Source: an uncultured bacterium (GTDB taxonomy: Bacteria; Patescibacteriota; Patescibacteriia; UBA9570; XYC2-FULL-38-9). Taken from it: 64,000 nt of DNA. Positions 17,794 to 27,286 of this stretch are shown here, in pieces. The notes beneath the pieces were generated by a model. It ran no database searches, had not been told where the DNA came from, and saw only the letters and a list, made by a program, of their open reading frames with translations. The stretch lies in assembly GCA_937996685.1 (NCBI GenBank), contig CALKUP010000006.1, positions 64,001 through 128,000 of the forward strand, given 5' to 3'. The position numbers and the translations under genes were made by a program. The stretch's first letter is position 1. Every line of letters starts with the position of its first letter.

Positions 17794-19674
17794 CTATTTT
17801 TTATCAATCACTTTCGCGGGGGTATTCAACACACCTTTTTCAAGAGTGAAGGTTTCTCCAGTAAATGCGTCGGTTGCAATAATTTTCAATGAATCAATTG
17901 CCGGCACGGCTTTATTTAATTGCAAGATATTTGGAGTAATCAACACTTCGAATTGACCGCCATATTTCTCACTTTGCGGTGATAGATCAGGAATCTTCCA
18001 ATAGACAGTTTGTGTCCGCTTATCAAAGCTCATCGCTGTTCCGGCGCTGTAACTGTATAAATCTGTCCATTCCGCTTGCTTGCTGAGTTTTGCGAACACA
18101 TGGACATTTGAAAGGTCGTTGTTGATATTTTGAATATTCAATAAGACACGGAAGGCTGTCGTTTTCCACGGCTCAAGCGGCAGTGGGCCATACCCCAATT
18201 GTTCCCCTTCTGGCGAGTAATAGATGACCTCCTGAGAAGCACTGACACGTGAATGGAACTTCACTTCGCCAGACTGCACAATCAACGGGATGCGTGTTTC
18301 AATTTCCGGTGCGTACACAGAACCTGATGTTGTCACAAACGCTTGCACGCGTTGATCCATGGTTGCAAATGTCGGAACAGACAGCGTCACAACCCCGGTC
18401 TTGCCTGGTTGAATACTTGGAATCCGCGGAATCGCAGCGCCACCCCCCGTTAAGTTCACAATACCAGAAGCAGTTATTTTTTCACCGTCATAAATACGAT
18501 ACAAAATTTTATCCGCATGTACGGAAACACCTTTGACCGCAGCAGACAAATCAATATCTGTAATTGGTGTGTCGCCAACATTTTGGACATTCAATTGCAC
18601 TTTCCAAGTATCGCCAAAATGAATCGCGCGTGGTGATGTCACTGACAGCACAGCTCGCGGGTTCACCACTGCAATGGTTCCAGCGACAATATCCTGCGTG
18701 AACTGCTCGTCTGTTGCTGCAAGTTTGCTATCAATCGCGGCTTTAATCGTTGATCGAATCTCCACCTCTTGATCACCAAACACATTATGCTCACGCGCCT
18801 CTTTCAAAGAAAAGTACCCACTGATATCAACCGCCCCTTCCTCTGCCGATTCGATGCGATTCAATCGAACGCTATTATTCTCTGTATTCACATTCAAATC
18901 TTGTCCATCTTTCACAGCTCGCGTTAACACAAAATGATCCGGCAACAATAATGTGATCTCAGCATTTTTTCGCGAGACTGTACTGTGATTCACATATCGA
19001 ACCGTGCCGGTAAATTCGCGACCATACACCGCAACACTCGGCAGATCAACACTCATTTCAATCGTCGAATCTTTGACCGAAAAATGATAATACAATACTT
19101 CTTCATGAGTATTTCCAAGGTAGCTATACACCATCACAACCCGAGCGGTATATGTTTCCCCGACATTTCCAAAAATCACACCACGCACTGGGATTGTTTG
19201 CACATCGCCTTTGCGGATAGTCCCAAGCAACGCATCAACCGTATTATGCTCGCCGCCCGTTGCTCCAAGAAAGCCAGGTGGTAAATCAATATGAATCTGC
19301 GCATCTTTGATTGTGCGATACGGATTCGCATACGTCACTTGAATATCCATCGGTTTTCCAGAAGTAACGTGTGACGTTGTCGCAATGCGCAAATCAACAT
19401 CCGCTGGCGTGTAATAGAGATAGAGCCACAATAAAATACCAACATTGGTAAACAACAACGTCATTGTCACAGCAGCATAAATCGTATCAACAATAACCTT
19501 ATGCCATTTGCCGTCGTACTTATCCGTCAAATAATGGATCATGAACGGCATGAACAAATGCATGAACGTCCACAGCACTGACAAAAACGCCGGCCACAAT
19601 GTTGGAAAATTCCGGTGGTGCCATTTTTCTGGGTTATGCGTATGCGCGAGTGTATCGAATGCGTGCTGTTTCAT
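17794..19674 (-). CDS. Membrane-anchored protein with tandem Ig-like (DUF11-like) domains
   Basis: N-terminal TM helices, beta-rich repeats (V.Y.N; LP..F; NVGDT), YYSPEGEQLGYGPLP motif. Confidence 0.6.
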   Translation of the reverse strand: MKQHAFDTLAHTHNPEKWHHRNFPTLWPAFLSVLWTFMHLFMPFMIHYLTDKYDGKWHKVIVDTIYAAVTMTLLFTNVGILLWLYLYYTPADVDLRIATTSHVTSGKPMDIQVTYANPYRTIKDAQIHIDLPPGFLGATGGEHNTVDALLGTIRKGDVQTIPVRGVIFGNVGETYTARVVMVYSYLGNTHEEVLYYHFSVKDSTIEMSVDLPSVAVYGREFTGTVRYVNHSTVSRKNAEITLLLPDHFVLTRAVKDGQDLNVNTENNSVRLNRIESAEEGAVDISGYFSLKEAREHNVFGDQEVEIRSTIKAAIDSKLAATDEQFTQDIVAGTIAVVNPRAVLSVTSPRAIHFGDTWKVQLNVQNVGDTPITDIDLSAAVKGVSVHADKILYRIYDGEKITASGIVNLTGGGAAIPRIPSIQPGKTGVVTLSVPTFATMDQRVQAFVTTSGSVYAPEIETRIPLIVQSGEVKFHSRVSASQEVIYYSPEGEQLGYGPLPLEPWKTTAFRVLLNIQNINNDLSNVHVFAKLSKQAEWTDLYSYSAGTAMSFDKRTQTVYWKIPDLSPQSEKYGGQFEVLITPNILQLNKAVPAIDSLKIIATDAFTGETFTLEKGVLNTPAKVIDKK

Positions 19675-19676
19675 AT

Positions 19677-21737
19677 CTAGAAATTGAATATACCATAACT
19701 CATCGGAACAATCTCGTTTGTGCCATCCTCATCAATGTCAGAGATTGTAATAAAACCACCGCTCTTGTTTGATTTTGGAAAGGCGTAAAAACCATTGTTC
19801 ACCACTTTTTTCTTACTTTTTTCCATTCGGAACACACGCACAAAACTCCCAGCGCGCGCGGCTGGCATTGTGACAATTTCTTCAAAACCATCACCGTCCA
19901 AATCACCACTTGCGAGCGACACGCCAGAAGTCACGCCTGTGTCATACGCCGTGAACCCGCCTTTCATGCGTTTGCATTGAGCGTTATAAATCCGGACTTC
20001 TGGCTTCCCGGACGTTGCAGGAGCGACAATAATTTCTTTGCCAGACTTTTCTTTAATCACATCACCAATTGCCAAATTCACACCGCGCACTTGCCCAGCA
20101 GAAAAGACATCACAACCATTGCTGATTTTTTTACCCGTCAAGTCATACATTTTAATCGACGGACTCCCTGTTTTTGCGCCAACGACAATGCGATACGGTT
20201 TCAAACGACCTTTCTTTGCACCCTTTTTGTCTGGCGCTTCTAAACGATCAATATCCATTGACAGTCCGCCACGATAACTTGTTCCAAACGGCGCAAACCG
20301 CGCGAGTTTTTTTGACCCCTTATAGACAGTGACATATGTCTTATCTGCCACGATTGTTTTATTGCCATCAGCGAGATGATGAATCACTGTTCCCCCTTCA
20401 TATTTCCGGTTAAAGGCAAAGAAACTCGTTCGAACGCGCTTGCCTTTGTTGCTGTAAATATTGGTAAATGCGCCGTTGAAAAATGCAGCATCATCAATCT
20501 GTTGCAAACGCCTGCGTAATATAATCGCATCTTTTGGCTTCAATGTAATCTTTCCGGTTGTGGCGCCATTATTCACTTTTTTTTCTTTTGTTCCACGCAC
20601 TTTTTCATACCCACTTTCCAATGTGATCGTTTGATTTTTTGAGGTTGAATTGAGCAACACAATACCATTATCAAAATCACGTCGCCAGACACCATTTTGA
20701 ATCTTGTATGGATTATTTGGATTCTTGAGATTTCGTGCCTTGCCGTGCGCTTTGCCGAGATTCACTAAATATTCATCATACAGCCACACGCTGTTATGTT
20801 TATCAACACCGTTATCATATCCAGCGTATGTTCCAGAAACCAAACCAGACGCGATTGAAAAGCGCATTTTCTTGTAATCTGTTTCTGAACCTTGCGCAGA
20901 AAAAATAATTCCTACTGGATCCATATTATATTGTTCCAGTGTTGGAACATTTTCTGACACTCCGTCCCATTGTCCATTCGCATGCCACGGCGTTGGAAAA
21001 TCTTCAAACATCCGACCATTAATATCACTTTGCATATCAAGATTTGATGCGCCGTTGATAATAATCAATTTATCTTTGCCAATTTTTGATCGGGTGGATT
21101 TAAATAATTCTTTATATCCAGCCACCCACTGAGAATTCACATTACTATCCACAACGCCATCGCGATTCAAATCAAGACCACCAAGGTAATCGAGGTTATC
21201 TTCGACAACATCAAAAAAGACACCATCCCAACAATTTTTTGAACCGCACTTGTCGTTATTCAAATCAGCAACAAATGATGCAATCGCTTCTCGTGTATCG
21301 CTTCGTGTAATATTCAAATCCGATTCCCCGGTATATCGAGACACAATCGAACCGTTTGGTCTGCGGAGATACCAATCGTCTTGCAGCACATCAATCAACC
21401 GCTGTCGTGTCGCGGACGCGTTTAATGTCACCACACCCTGACTTGGGACATACGGCAAAATTTTGATCTTTGGATTGAGTTCGCGCAACGTCTTGATTCC
21501 TTCGAGGTTATATTCAGCCGCTTCCATTGTCACAATCACTAAATCAAATTTCGCAATATCTTTGGCTTGCGCTTGCGTGAAACAACAATCAACATAATAC
21601 AATGACAGCAATGGATACGTTGTTGCGGCTTGCGCTTGAATACTTCCCGCATACAACACACATCCCACGACAAATAACGACACAATACAGCGACGCAGCA
21701 GAACTACAGGTTGAGAAAATTGTGCTATCATACTCAT
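19677..21737 (-). CDS. Secreted putative glycoside hydrolase (GHL15-like TIM barrel) with basic FG-GAP-like C-terminus
   Basis: IAKFDLVI, LRELNPKIKILPY, WDGVFFD, NGRMFEDFP, VWRRDFDNGIVLLN; C-terminal GVSLASGDLDGDG.EEIV repeats. Confidence 0.7.
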   Translation of the reverse strand: MSMIAQFSQPVVLLRRCIVSLFVVGCVLYAGSIQAQAATTYPLLSLYYVDCCFTQAQAKDIAKFDLVIVTMEAAEYNLEGIKTLRELNPKIKILPYVPSQGVVTLNASATRQRLIDVLQDDWYLRRPNGSIVSRYTGESDLNITRSDTREAIASFVADLNNDKCGSKNCWDGVFFDVVEDNLDYLGGLDLNRDGVVDSNVNSQWVAGYKELFKSTRSKIGKDKLIIINGASNLDMQSDINGRMFEDFPTPWHANGQWDGVSENVPTLEQYNMDPVGIIFSAQGSETDYKKMRFSIASGLVSGTYAGYDNGVDKHNSVWLYDEYLVNLGKAHGKARNLKNPNNPYKIQNGVWRRDFDNGIVLLNSTSKNQTITLESGYEKVRGTKEKKVNNGATTGKITLKPKDAIILRRRLQQIDDAAFFNGAFTNIYSNKGKRVRTSFFAFNRKYEGGTVIHHLADGNKTIVADKTYVTVYKGSKKLARFAPFGTSYRGGLSMDIDRLEAPDKKGAKKGRLKPYRIVVGAKTGSPSIKMYDLTGKKISNGCDVFSAGQVRGVNLAIGDVIKEKSGKEIIVAPATSGKPEVRIYNAQCKRMKGGFTAYDTGVTSGVSLASGDLDGDGFEEIVTMPAARAGSFVRVFRMEKSKKKVVNNGFYAFPKSNKSGGFITISDIDEDGTNEIVPMSYGIFNF

Positions 21738-21864
21738 GAACAGATTCGTCTCCTATAATATACCTATTTTTTACGATTCTTTCCATCCTTTGTAGCAAGT
21801 GTGCTCAAAGAATGAACAACATAATACATCATATTTTTTCTTTTTTGTCAATATTCTAGATCGT

Positions 21865-22938
21865 ATGAACATTGGACTTGATTATCGCACAACCACTCCA
21901 CCGAAAACCGGCGTCTTTTCTGTCACGCAAACGCTGGCAACCGAGCTCACTGCGCGCGGGCACGCTGTCTCGTATCCTCGTCCTTCAATCCCTTTTCGAT
22001 TACAAAATGCATTATGGCCTTCTGCACTGCGACGCCTTGCTCCAATTGACCGCGGAGTATCACTCGACATCTATCACCATCTCTGGCCATTTGGTGCGCT
22101 CCCACACACGAAGCATGCCAAACGTATTTTCACGATTCACGACATCATCCCACTACACGAAACATCACGAACAGCATTTTCACAACGACAGATTCGACAA
22201 TTTAGACACTGGGTCAAAGACGGCATTGAACGTGCGGATCAGGTTCATTTTATTTCGGAGTTCACAAAACACGATGTACTCAATCACTATGACATCGCAG
22301 ATAATCCAACGAAATTTTCAGTCGCGCATCTTGGCGTTTCTCATGACTATGTCACAAGCAGCAGCCTTCTCAAAGCGAAGTTGCCGCACGAACTCACCTC
22401 TATTGAATCAACGTTGATTCATAACAAGAAAACACTAATGGAAGGCTTTTTCTTTTTGCTCGCCTCACACTTGCCGCATAAAAATATTCAAGCGGTTATT
22501 GATGCGTACGACGAAACTTTTCCACCGCTGATTATTGCCGGCAGCGATACGAATACACTCACAACCACAAAACGCAACATTGTCTTTACTGGCTATATCG
22601 AACAGCCGACAATTCTCTGGTTATACGACAACGCTCTTGGGTTTATTTTTCCATCACTCCACGAAGGCTTTGGGTTACCGGTGATTGAAGCGATGATGCG
22701 TGGCTGTCCAGTAATCGCGAGCAGCTCAACAAGTATCCAGGAAATTGCCGGCAATGCAGCGCTTTTAATCGACGCGCGCGAACCAGAAGCGATCACACAC
22801 GCCATCAACGAATTATTGCTTTCATCTGAACTGCAAGACAAATTGCGAACTGCCGGAATCGTCCACGCGCAACAATTTACACCACACGCATTTGGCGATC
22901 GAATGCTCGCGCTTTATCAACGCGCGCTCGCTGTATAA
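21865..22938 (+). CDS. Glycosyltransferase family 4 (MtfB-like)
   Basis: TIHDIIP, SEFTK, PHKNI, FPSLHEGFGLPVIEAM. Confidence 0.92.
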   Translation: MNIGLDYRTTTPPKTGVFSVTQTLATELTARGHAVSYPRPSIPFRLQNALWPSALRRLAPIDRGVSLDIYHHLWPFGALPHTKHAKRIFTIHDIIPLHETSRTAFSQRQIRQFRHWVKDGIERADQVHFISEFTKHDVLNHYDIADNPTKFSVAHLGVSHDYVTSSSLLKAKLPHELTSIESTLIHNKKTLMEGFFFLLASHLPHKNIQAVIDAYDETFPPLIIAGSDTNTLTTTKRNIVFTGYIEQPTILWLYDNALGFIFPSLHEGFGLPVIEAMMRGCPVIASSSTSIQEIAGNAALLIDAREPEAITHAINELLLSSELQDKLRTAGIVHAQQFTPHAFGDRMLALYQRALAV

Positions 22939-24083
22939 TATTGCAATAACTGCGCGATGTGTGACTCAACTGTACTGTTTGCGTACGGTGTGTAACTCTG
23001 TTTCAAGGTGTCTAATTCTGTTATTTTTTTAGCCAGGTCTGCGCTGTTGCCCATTTCAAACCACCAACCATCGACACCATCAGTTAATACATCAATCGAT
23101 CCAGTGTTCGCCGCAATGACCCATGTTCCAACGGTGTGCGCCTCGGGAATTACTAAACTATTCACCTCATACCACTTTGACGGAACAATCAAGGCTTTTG
23201 CGCGTTTCATGTAATCACGAACCACAGTCCGAGATTGATACCCAAGCCATTGAATATTTTCCGGCGCATCTTGCGCAGCTGCCGGACCTTCCCCAATCAC
23301 AATATATTTTTGTTCAGGCAACAAATGAGCTGATTCAATCAGTGTATCCAATCCTTTTTCCGCAGATAGTCTTCCGACATATAACACAAAATCATCCCGC
23401 TCGTGTTGTGGGACCGGATTCAATTCCAGTTCGCTTTCTGTAAAATTATGCAACACCACAGTCGGCAGATTCGCACGATATTCATGAATCTGTTTTTGCA
23501 TAAAATATGACGGCGCGATCACAAGATCAATATTTTTTTGATAGCGTTTGAACAACCACGTGTAATACGCTTCGGTTGCGAGCAACACACGCCGCGCAAG
23601 TGATTCATCAGATGCACCCGGGAACAACAAGCGATAGTATTGATGAATTTTTGTCGCCTCTGTAATACGACCCGCGGCAAACAAGCTGTAATTTGGTGCA
23701 ATTAATTTGTAGTCATGCGCTGTCATCACCACCTTCGCTCCAGACGCGCGCGCAATCGGCAAAATCGCTGTTGTCAGCTGATGATAGATATTGTGCAGAT
23801 GAATGACATCTGGCTGAAACCGATCAATCACTGCTTGGAATTTTTCTGCCGCTTCTTTGTTATAAATAAATCGCTTTGCCGCAGAGAGCGTCGGACGATC
23901 TTGGTGATAATTTGACTCTGACACAAAATAATCATTCCAGCGTGACGGTTCATTGTCTGGATGCTGCATCCCAAACCGCGCAACCTCATGACCACGTGTT
24001 TGCAGTTCACGCGTTAATTGCAAACAATAGATGTCAGCGCCACCTTTTGGATACCAGAATTTATTCACCTGCAAAATTTTCAT
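22917..24083 (-). CDS. Glycosyltransferase family 4
   Basis: MKILQVNKFWYPKGGA, HLHNIYHQL, YVGRLSAEKG, PSKWYE. Confidence 0.92.
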   Translation of the reverse strand: MKILQVNKFWYPKGGADIYCLQLTRELQTRGHEVARFGMQHPDNEPSRWNDYFVSESNYHQDRPTLSAAKRFIYNKEAAEKFQAVIDRFQPDVIHLHNIYHQLTTAILPIARASGAKVVMTAHDYKLIAPNYSLFAAGRITEATKIHQYYRLLFPGASDESLARRVLLATEAYYTWLFKRYQKNIDLVIAPSYFMQKQIHEYRANLPTVVLHNFTESELELNPVPQHERDDFVLYVGRLSAEKGLDTLIESAHLLPEQKYIVIGEGPAAAQDAPENIQWLGYQSRTVVRDYMKRAKALIVPSKWYEVNSLVIPEAHTVGTWVIAANTGSIDVLTDGVDGWWFEMGNSADLAKKITELDTLKQSYTPYANSTVESHIAQLLQYYTASAR

Positions 24084-24119
24084 ATCTATAGTATACTGTA
24101 TTTAGAAAAAAAATTCGAC

Positions 24120-25346
24120 ATGAAAAAAAATACAAAAAAAATTCTTGTTGTCACAGAGCGATGGTATCCGGATACATTCGGCGGATCTGAGCGTCTCGCC
24201 TTCGAACAAGTGCAAGGACTTGCGGACGCTGGATTTTCTGTTGACGTGTTTGTTGCGACGAACATGCGCGCTCTGCCGCTGACTGAACACACAGACCAGC
24301 ACATCACGATTCACCGCGCGCCAGGAGCGCTCGCGATTCCTGGAAACCAACTGTATTCCATTAATGTCCAAAGTCGCAAACCACTCGCGGCATTACTGAC
24401 CGCAGAGCGCTACGACGCGATACTCTGTCATCACCCGCAAATTGGCGACGCTGTTTTAACATATCGCGTTGGAACAAAAAACTTCCACACTCCTCTACTC
24501 TATTTTTTTCACAGTAGTCAGCCACAAGAAATTCGCGTTGACGGACCAAATCGCTCATATCCTGGGAAAGCGATCTGGAATGAAATTGTCGCACAATATG
24601 TTGAAGCCAAAGAACACCGCATTCTCCGAGCCGCAGACCACATCATGGTCTTCAGTGCATTCAGCTCGAACATTTTGCACACACTCAACAACGCTGCTTG
24701 GGAACATTCTGAAATTATCTCACCTGGAATTAATACCGATCTCTACGACACTGTCTTTGAACGCAGACAAACCCACACCGGAAGCTTTACGCCAGACACC
24801 ACGGCAAAGACTCGTTTTTTTACGATCCGACGCCTGACAAAACGCATGGGACTCCATCTACTTATTCAAGCCCTTGGAACAGATCCACTCGCGCATACAT
24901 ATGAACTACGGATTGCTGGATCCGGAGCCATGGAATCAGAACTAAAAAAACTCGCCGCGCAATTCCCGAAGCTCACCGTTCATTTTCTTGGCAATATTTC
25001 AATGAAAGAATTAGAGTCAGAACTGATTCACGCAGATGCGTTTGTTTTACCGACAATTGCCTTAGAAGGATTTGGCATCGCGACACTTGAAGCATTGCTC
25101 TCTGGCGTTCCAGTGATTGCGACAAACGTTGGCGCCACTCCTGAATTATTACAACCAATTAACCCTGCAATGATCGCAGACGGCGCAAACATCGACGCGC
25201 TTCAGAAGGCTGTTCATCACTTTACTGACTTGTCACAAAAAGAACGGATCGCCTTAGGTAAGAAATGTCGATCAGTATCACTCAAAGCCTACAGCGCCGA
25301 TGCGATGAATAAAAAAATCATCAAGGCGATTAAACGGTTTTCGTAA
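24120..25346 (+). CDS. Glycosyltransferase family 4
   Basis: FGGSER, RRLTKRMG, LEGFGIATLEAL. Confidence 0.9.
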   Translation: MKKNTKKILVVTERWYPDTFGGSERLAFEQVQGLADAGFSVDVFVATNMRALPLTEHTDQHITIHRAPGALAIPGNQLYSINVQSRKPLAALLTAERYDAILCHHPQIGDAVLTYRVGTKNFHTPLLYFFHSSQPQEIRVDGPNRSYPGKAIWNEIVAQYVEAKEHRILRAADHIMVFSAFSSNILHTLNNAAWEHSEIISPGINTDLYDTVFERRQTHTGSFTPDTTAKTRFFTIRRLTKRMGLHLLIQALGTDPLAHTYELRIAGSGAMESELKKLAAQFPKLTVHFLGNISMKELESELIHADAFVLPTIALEGFGIATLEALLSGVPVIATNVGATPELLQPINPAMIADGANIDALQKAVHHFTDLSQKERIALGKKCRSVSLKAYSADAMNKKIIKAIKRFS

Positions 25347-25638
25347 GCTTGTATTTTTTTACAAGCTGTAATTCTTCTCCTCGAAAAATGAAAGACCCAT
25401 ATATATAGGAAATTGCAACAAGCACTATCACCGCTAATTCCAGCCCATATCGACCATTCACAAGCGGAAAGACATCTTTCAAAAGAGGAAGTACAGCAAA
25501 AAATACAATAAGCAGTGTAACTAACGATTGATAACTACGCTGATATGCACGGAGATATAATTGTTGCTCACGCTCATCTGCGGGTTGAAACCGAAACCAG
25601 AAAAGGTGCTTTTTAACAGTGGGTAGCATAGTGTTCAT
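25330..25638 (-). CDS. Small membrane protein (DUF2178/DUF3796-like) co-transcribed with XRE regulator
   Basis: DERE...RAY motif followed by two TM helices. Confidence 0.6.
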   Translation of the reverse strand: MNTMLPTVKKHLFWFRFQPADEREQQLYLRAYQRSYQSLVTLLIVFFAVLPLLKDVFPLVNGRYGLELAVIVLVAISYIYGSFIFRGEELQLVKKYKLTKTV

Positions 25639-25642
25639 ATAG

Positions 25643-25852
25643 TTATTTTTTAAACGTAAAAATATCCTCAATTGAAACATGAAATAATTTTGCGCATTTC
25701 CAAGCCAAAAAAAGTGACGGCTGGTATTTTCCCTGCTCTAAAGCAATGATTGTTTGCCGTGTGACGTCTAAATTTTCAGCGAGCTGCTCTTGCGTAAAAC
25801 CCTTCGTCACTCGAAAATCTTTCAGTTTTGATTGAATAGTTGTTGGTTCCAT
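25643..25852 (-). CDS. XRE/Cro-family HTH transcriptional regulator
   Basis: [30 protein letters not shown]. Confidence 0.93.
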   Translation of the reverse strand: MEPTTIQSKLKDFRVTKGFTQEQLAENLDVTRQTIIALEQGKYQPSLFLAWKCAKLFHVSIEDIFTFKK

Positions 25853-25895
25853 GTAAAATATACCTTACATTTAAAATGTAAAACATTTTTTACAT
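25851..25895. promoter_or_regulatory. Two tandem 20-bp palindromic operators ATGTAA-N8-TTACAT
   Basis: ATGTAAAATATACCTTACAT (25851-25870) and ATGTAAAACATTTTTTACAT (25876-25895); the first overlaps the XRE start codon. Confidence 0.75.
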
Positions 25896-25933
25896 TTGGT
25901 CAATATAAAAATATGGACAGTTATCCACAAACA

Positions 25934-25962
25934 AAAAACTCCGGTACAAGACCGGAGTTTTT
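25934..25962 (-). terminator. rplJL terminator
   Basis: AAAAACTCCGGT-N5-ACCGGAGTTTTT. Confidence 0.85.
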
Positions 25963-25979
25963 CTTACAATAACAATGAA

Positions 25980-26384
25980 CTATTTCAAAGTTACTGTTGC
26001 ACCTGCTTCTTCTAATTTCGCTTTCATTGCTTCAGCGTCTTCTTTCTTCGCGCCAGTTGCTACCATTGCTGGAGCTCCGTCAACGAGGTCTTTTGCTTCT
26101 TTCAAGCCAAGAGCTGCAACTTCTTTCACAGCTTTGATAACACCAATTTTGTTATCACCGATTGCTGTCAATTCAACGTCAAACGCTGATTTTTCTTCTG
26201 CTGCTTCTCCGCCTGCTGCTGGACCTGCTGCGGCCATCATCATTGGAGCTGCTGCTGAAACGCCGAACTTATCTTCGAGGATTGAAACCAATTCTGAAAG
26301 ATCAAGTACTGACATTTGTTCGATTTGTTCAACCAAAGCTTTGAACTTTTCTGGTACTTCTACCGGAGTTTTTTCTTCTGACAT
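25980..26384 (-). CDS. rplL: 50S ribosomal protein L7/L12
   Basis: [40 protein letters not shown]. Confidence 0.98.
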   Translation of the reverse strand: MSEEKTPVEVPEKFKALVEQIEQMSVLDLSELVSILEDKFGVSAAAPMMMAAAGPAAGGEAAEEKSAFDVELTAIGDNKIGVIKAVKEVAALGLKEAKDLVDGAPAMVATGAKKEDAEAMKAKLEEAGATVTLK

Positions 26385-26408
26385 ATGTGTATATGAATAG
26401 ATTATGAA

Positions 26409-26936
26409 TTAAGCTGACTTTTGTTCTGAAATGCGTGTAAGCACTGTCATTAAGTTTCGTTGGTTTCCAGCGAACACATTGACCAAGCCAGAAATTGGAG
26501 CATTCATGCTTCCAACCATCTTGGCAAGTAATTCTTGTTTGCTTGGGAGTTTTGAGAGAGCAATCATTTCTTCACCAGAAAGGATTTTTCCTTCAAGAAC
26601 ACCAGCGTAAAAACTCACAACGTCATGGGTTTTTGCAAAATCGGCAACTGCCTTTGCAGGAGCAACTTCATCTTTGAAACCAAAGATAACAGCAACACCG
26701 GATTCCATGCCGTCAACAACTGAATCGTCAGATCCGTTGTCTTTCAACATGCGTTTGATGAGGCTTTTTTTCGCAACCATCATCTCACTGTTTTCTGCCT
26801 TGAGTTCTTTGCGCAACGCTTGCACATCACTCACAGTCAGACCCATGTAGCGTGCAAACACGACACTTTTTGAGTCAACAAACTTTTGTGAAAGTTCACT
26901 GAGTGTTTGTTCCTTTTGTTGTCGTGTTTTTGGCAT
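26409..26936 (-). CDS. rplJ: 50S ribosomal protein L10
   Basis: MPKTRQQK, YMGLTV, VAKKSL, LSKLPSKQELLA. Confidence 0.97.
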   Translation of the reverse strand: MPKTRQQKEQTLSELSQKFVDSKSVVFARYMGLTVSDVQALRKELKAENSEMMVAKKSLIKRMLKDNGSDDSVVDGMESGVAVIFGFKDEVAPAKAVADFAKTHDVVSFYAGVLEGKILSGEEMIALSKLPSKQELLAKMVGSMNAPISGLVNVFAGNQRNLMTVLTRISEQKSA

Positions 26937-26972
26937 AATTATGGTTCGTGTTATTTGAGATAACACTGAATT

Positions 26973-27114
26973 AAAAAACTGCGTTTTTGACGCAGGTAAT
27001 AGACGAAGTAATAAAAACAGATGAAGCAGAATCTGTTTATGACCTTCAGTGAATTACACCTGCGTCGGTCTTATGAAACGTGGATATTACACCACTTTCG
27101 CCGACGGTCTTGGG
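26973..27114 (-). promoter_or_regulatory. L10 leader RNA with terminator/antiterminator
   Basis: AAGACCGTCGGCG...TAAGACCGACGCAGGT core; downstream ACCTGCGTCAAAAACGCAGTTTTTT terminator whose 5' arm can pair with GACGCAGGT. Confidence 0.75.
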
Positions 27115-27154
27115 TACAATTTCTCTATCCGAAAGGGATAGTTGTACGAGAATG

Positions 27155-27183
27155 AGTATACGAAAAAGCTGGATTTTTGTCAA
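27155..27183 (-). promoter_or_regulatory. rplJL promoter
   Basis: TTGACA-N17-TATACT. Confidence 0.85.
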
Positions 27184-27217
27184 TATTTTTTAAAATACGG
27201 TTTTAATAGAAAAACAT

Positions 27218-27286
27218 GCCGGCCAACTTTCTTTGTTTCAAGAAAAGTTAGCCGGCGGAGACCGCCTGGTGCGTCAACCAGGTGGT
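27218..27286 (-). terminator. Tandem hairpins/terminator after the GC-rich GT4
   Basis: ACCACCTGGT-N6-ACCAGGCGGT, then GCCGGCTAACTTT...AAAGTTGGCCGGC followed by ATGTTTTT. Confidence 0.6.

Noticed and set aside
25921-25929. Perfect DnaA box TTATCCACA as oriC
   Set aside because: Single box in a short intergenic gap, with no cluster or dnaA/dnaN nearby
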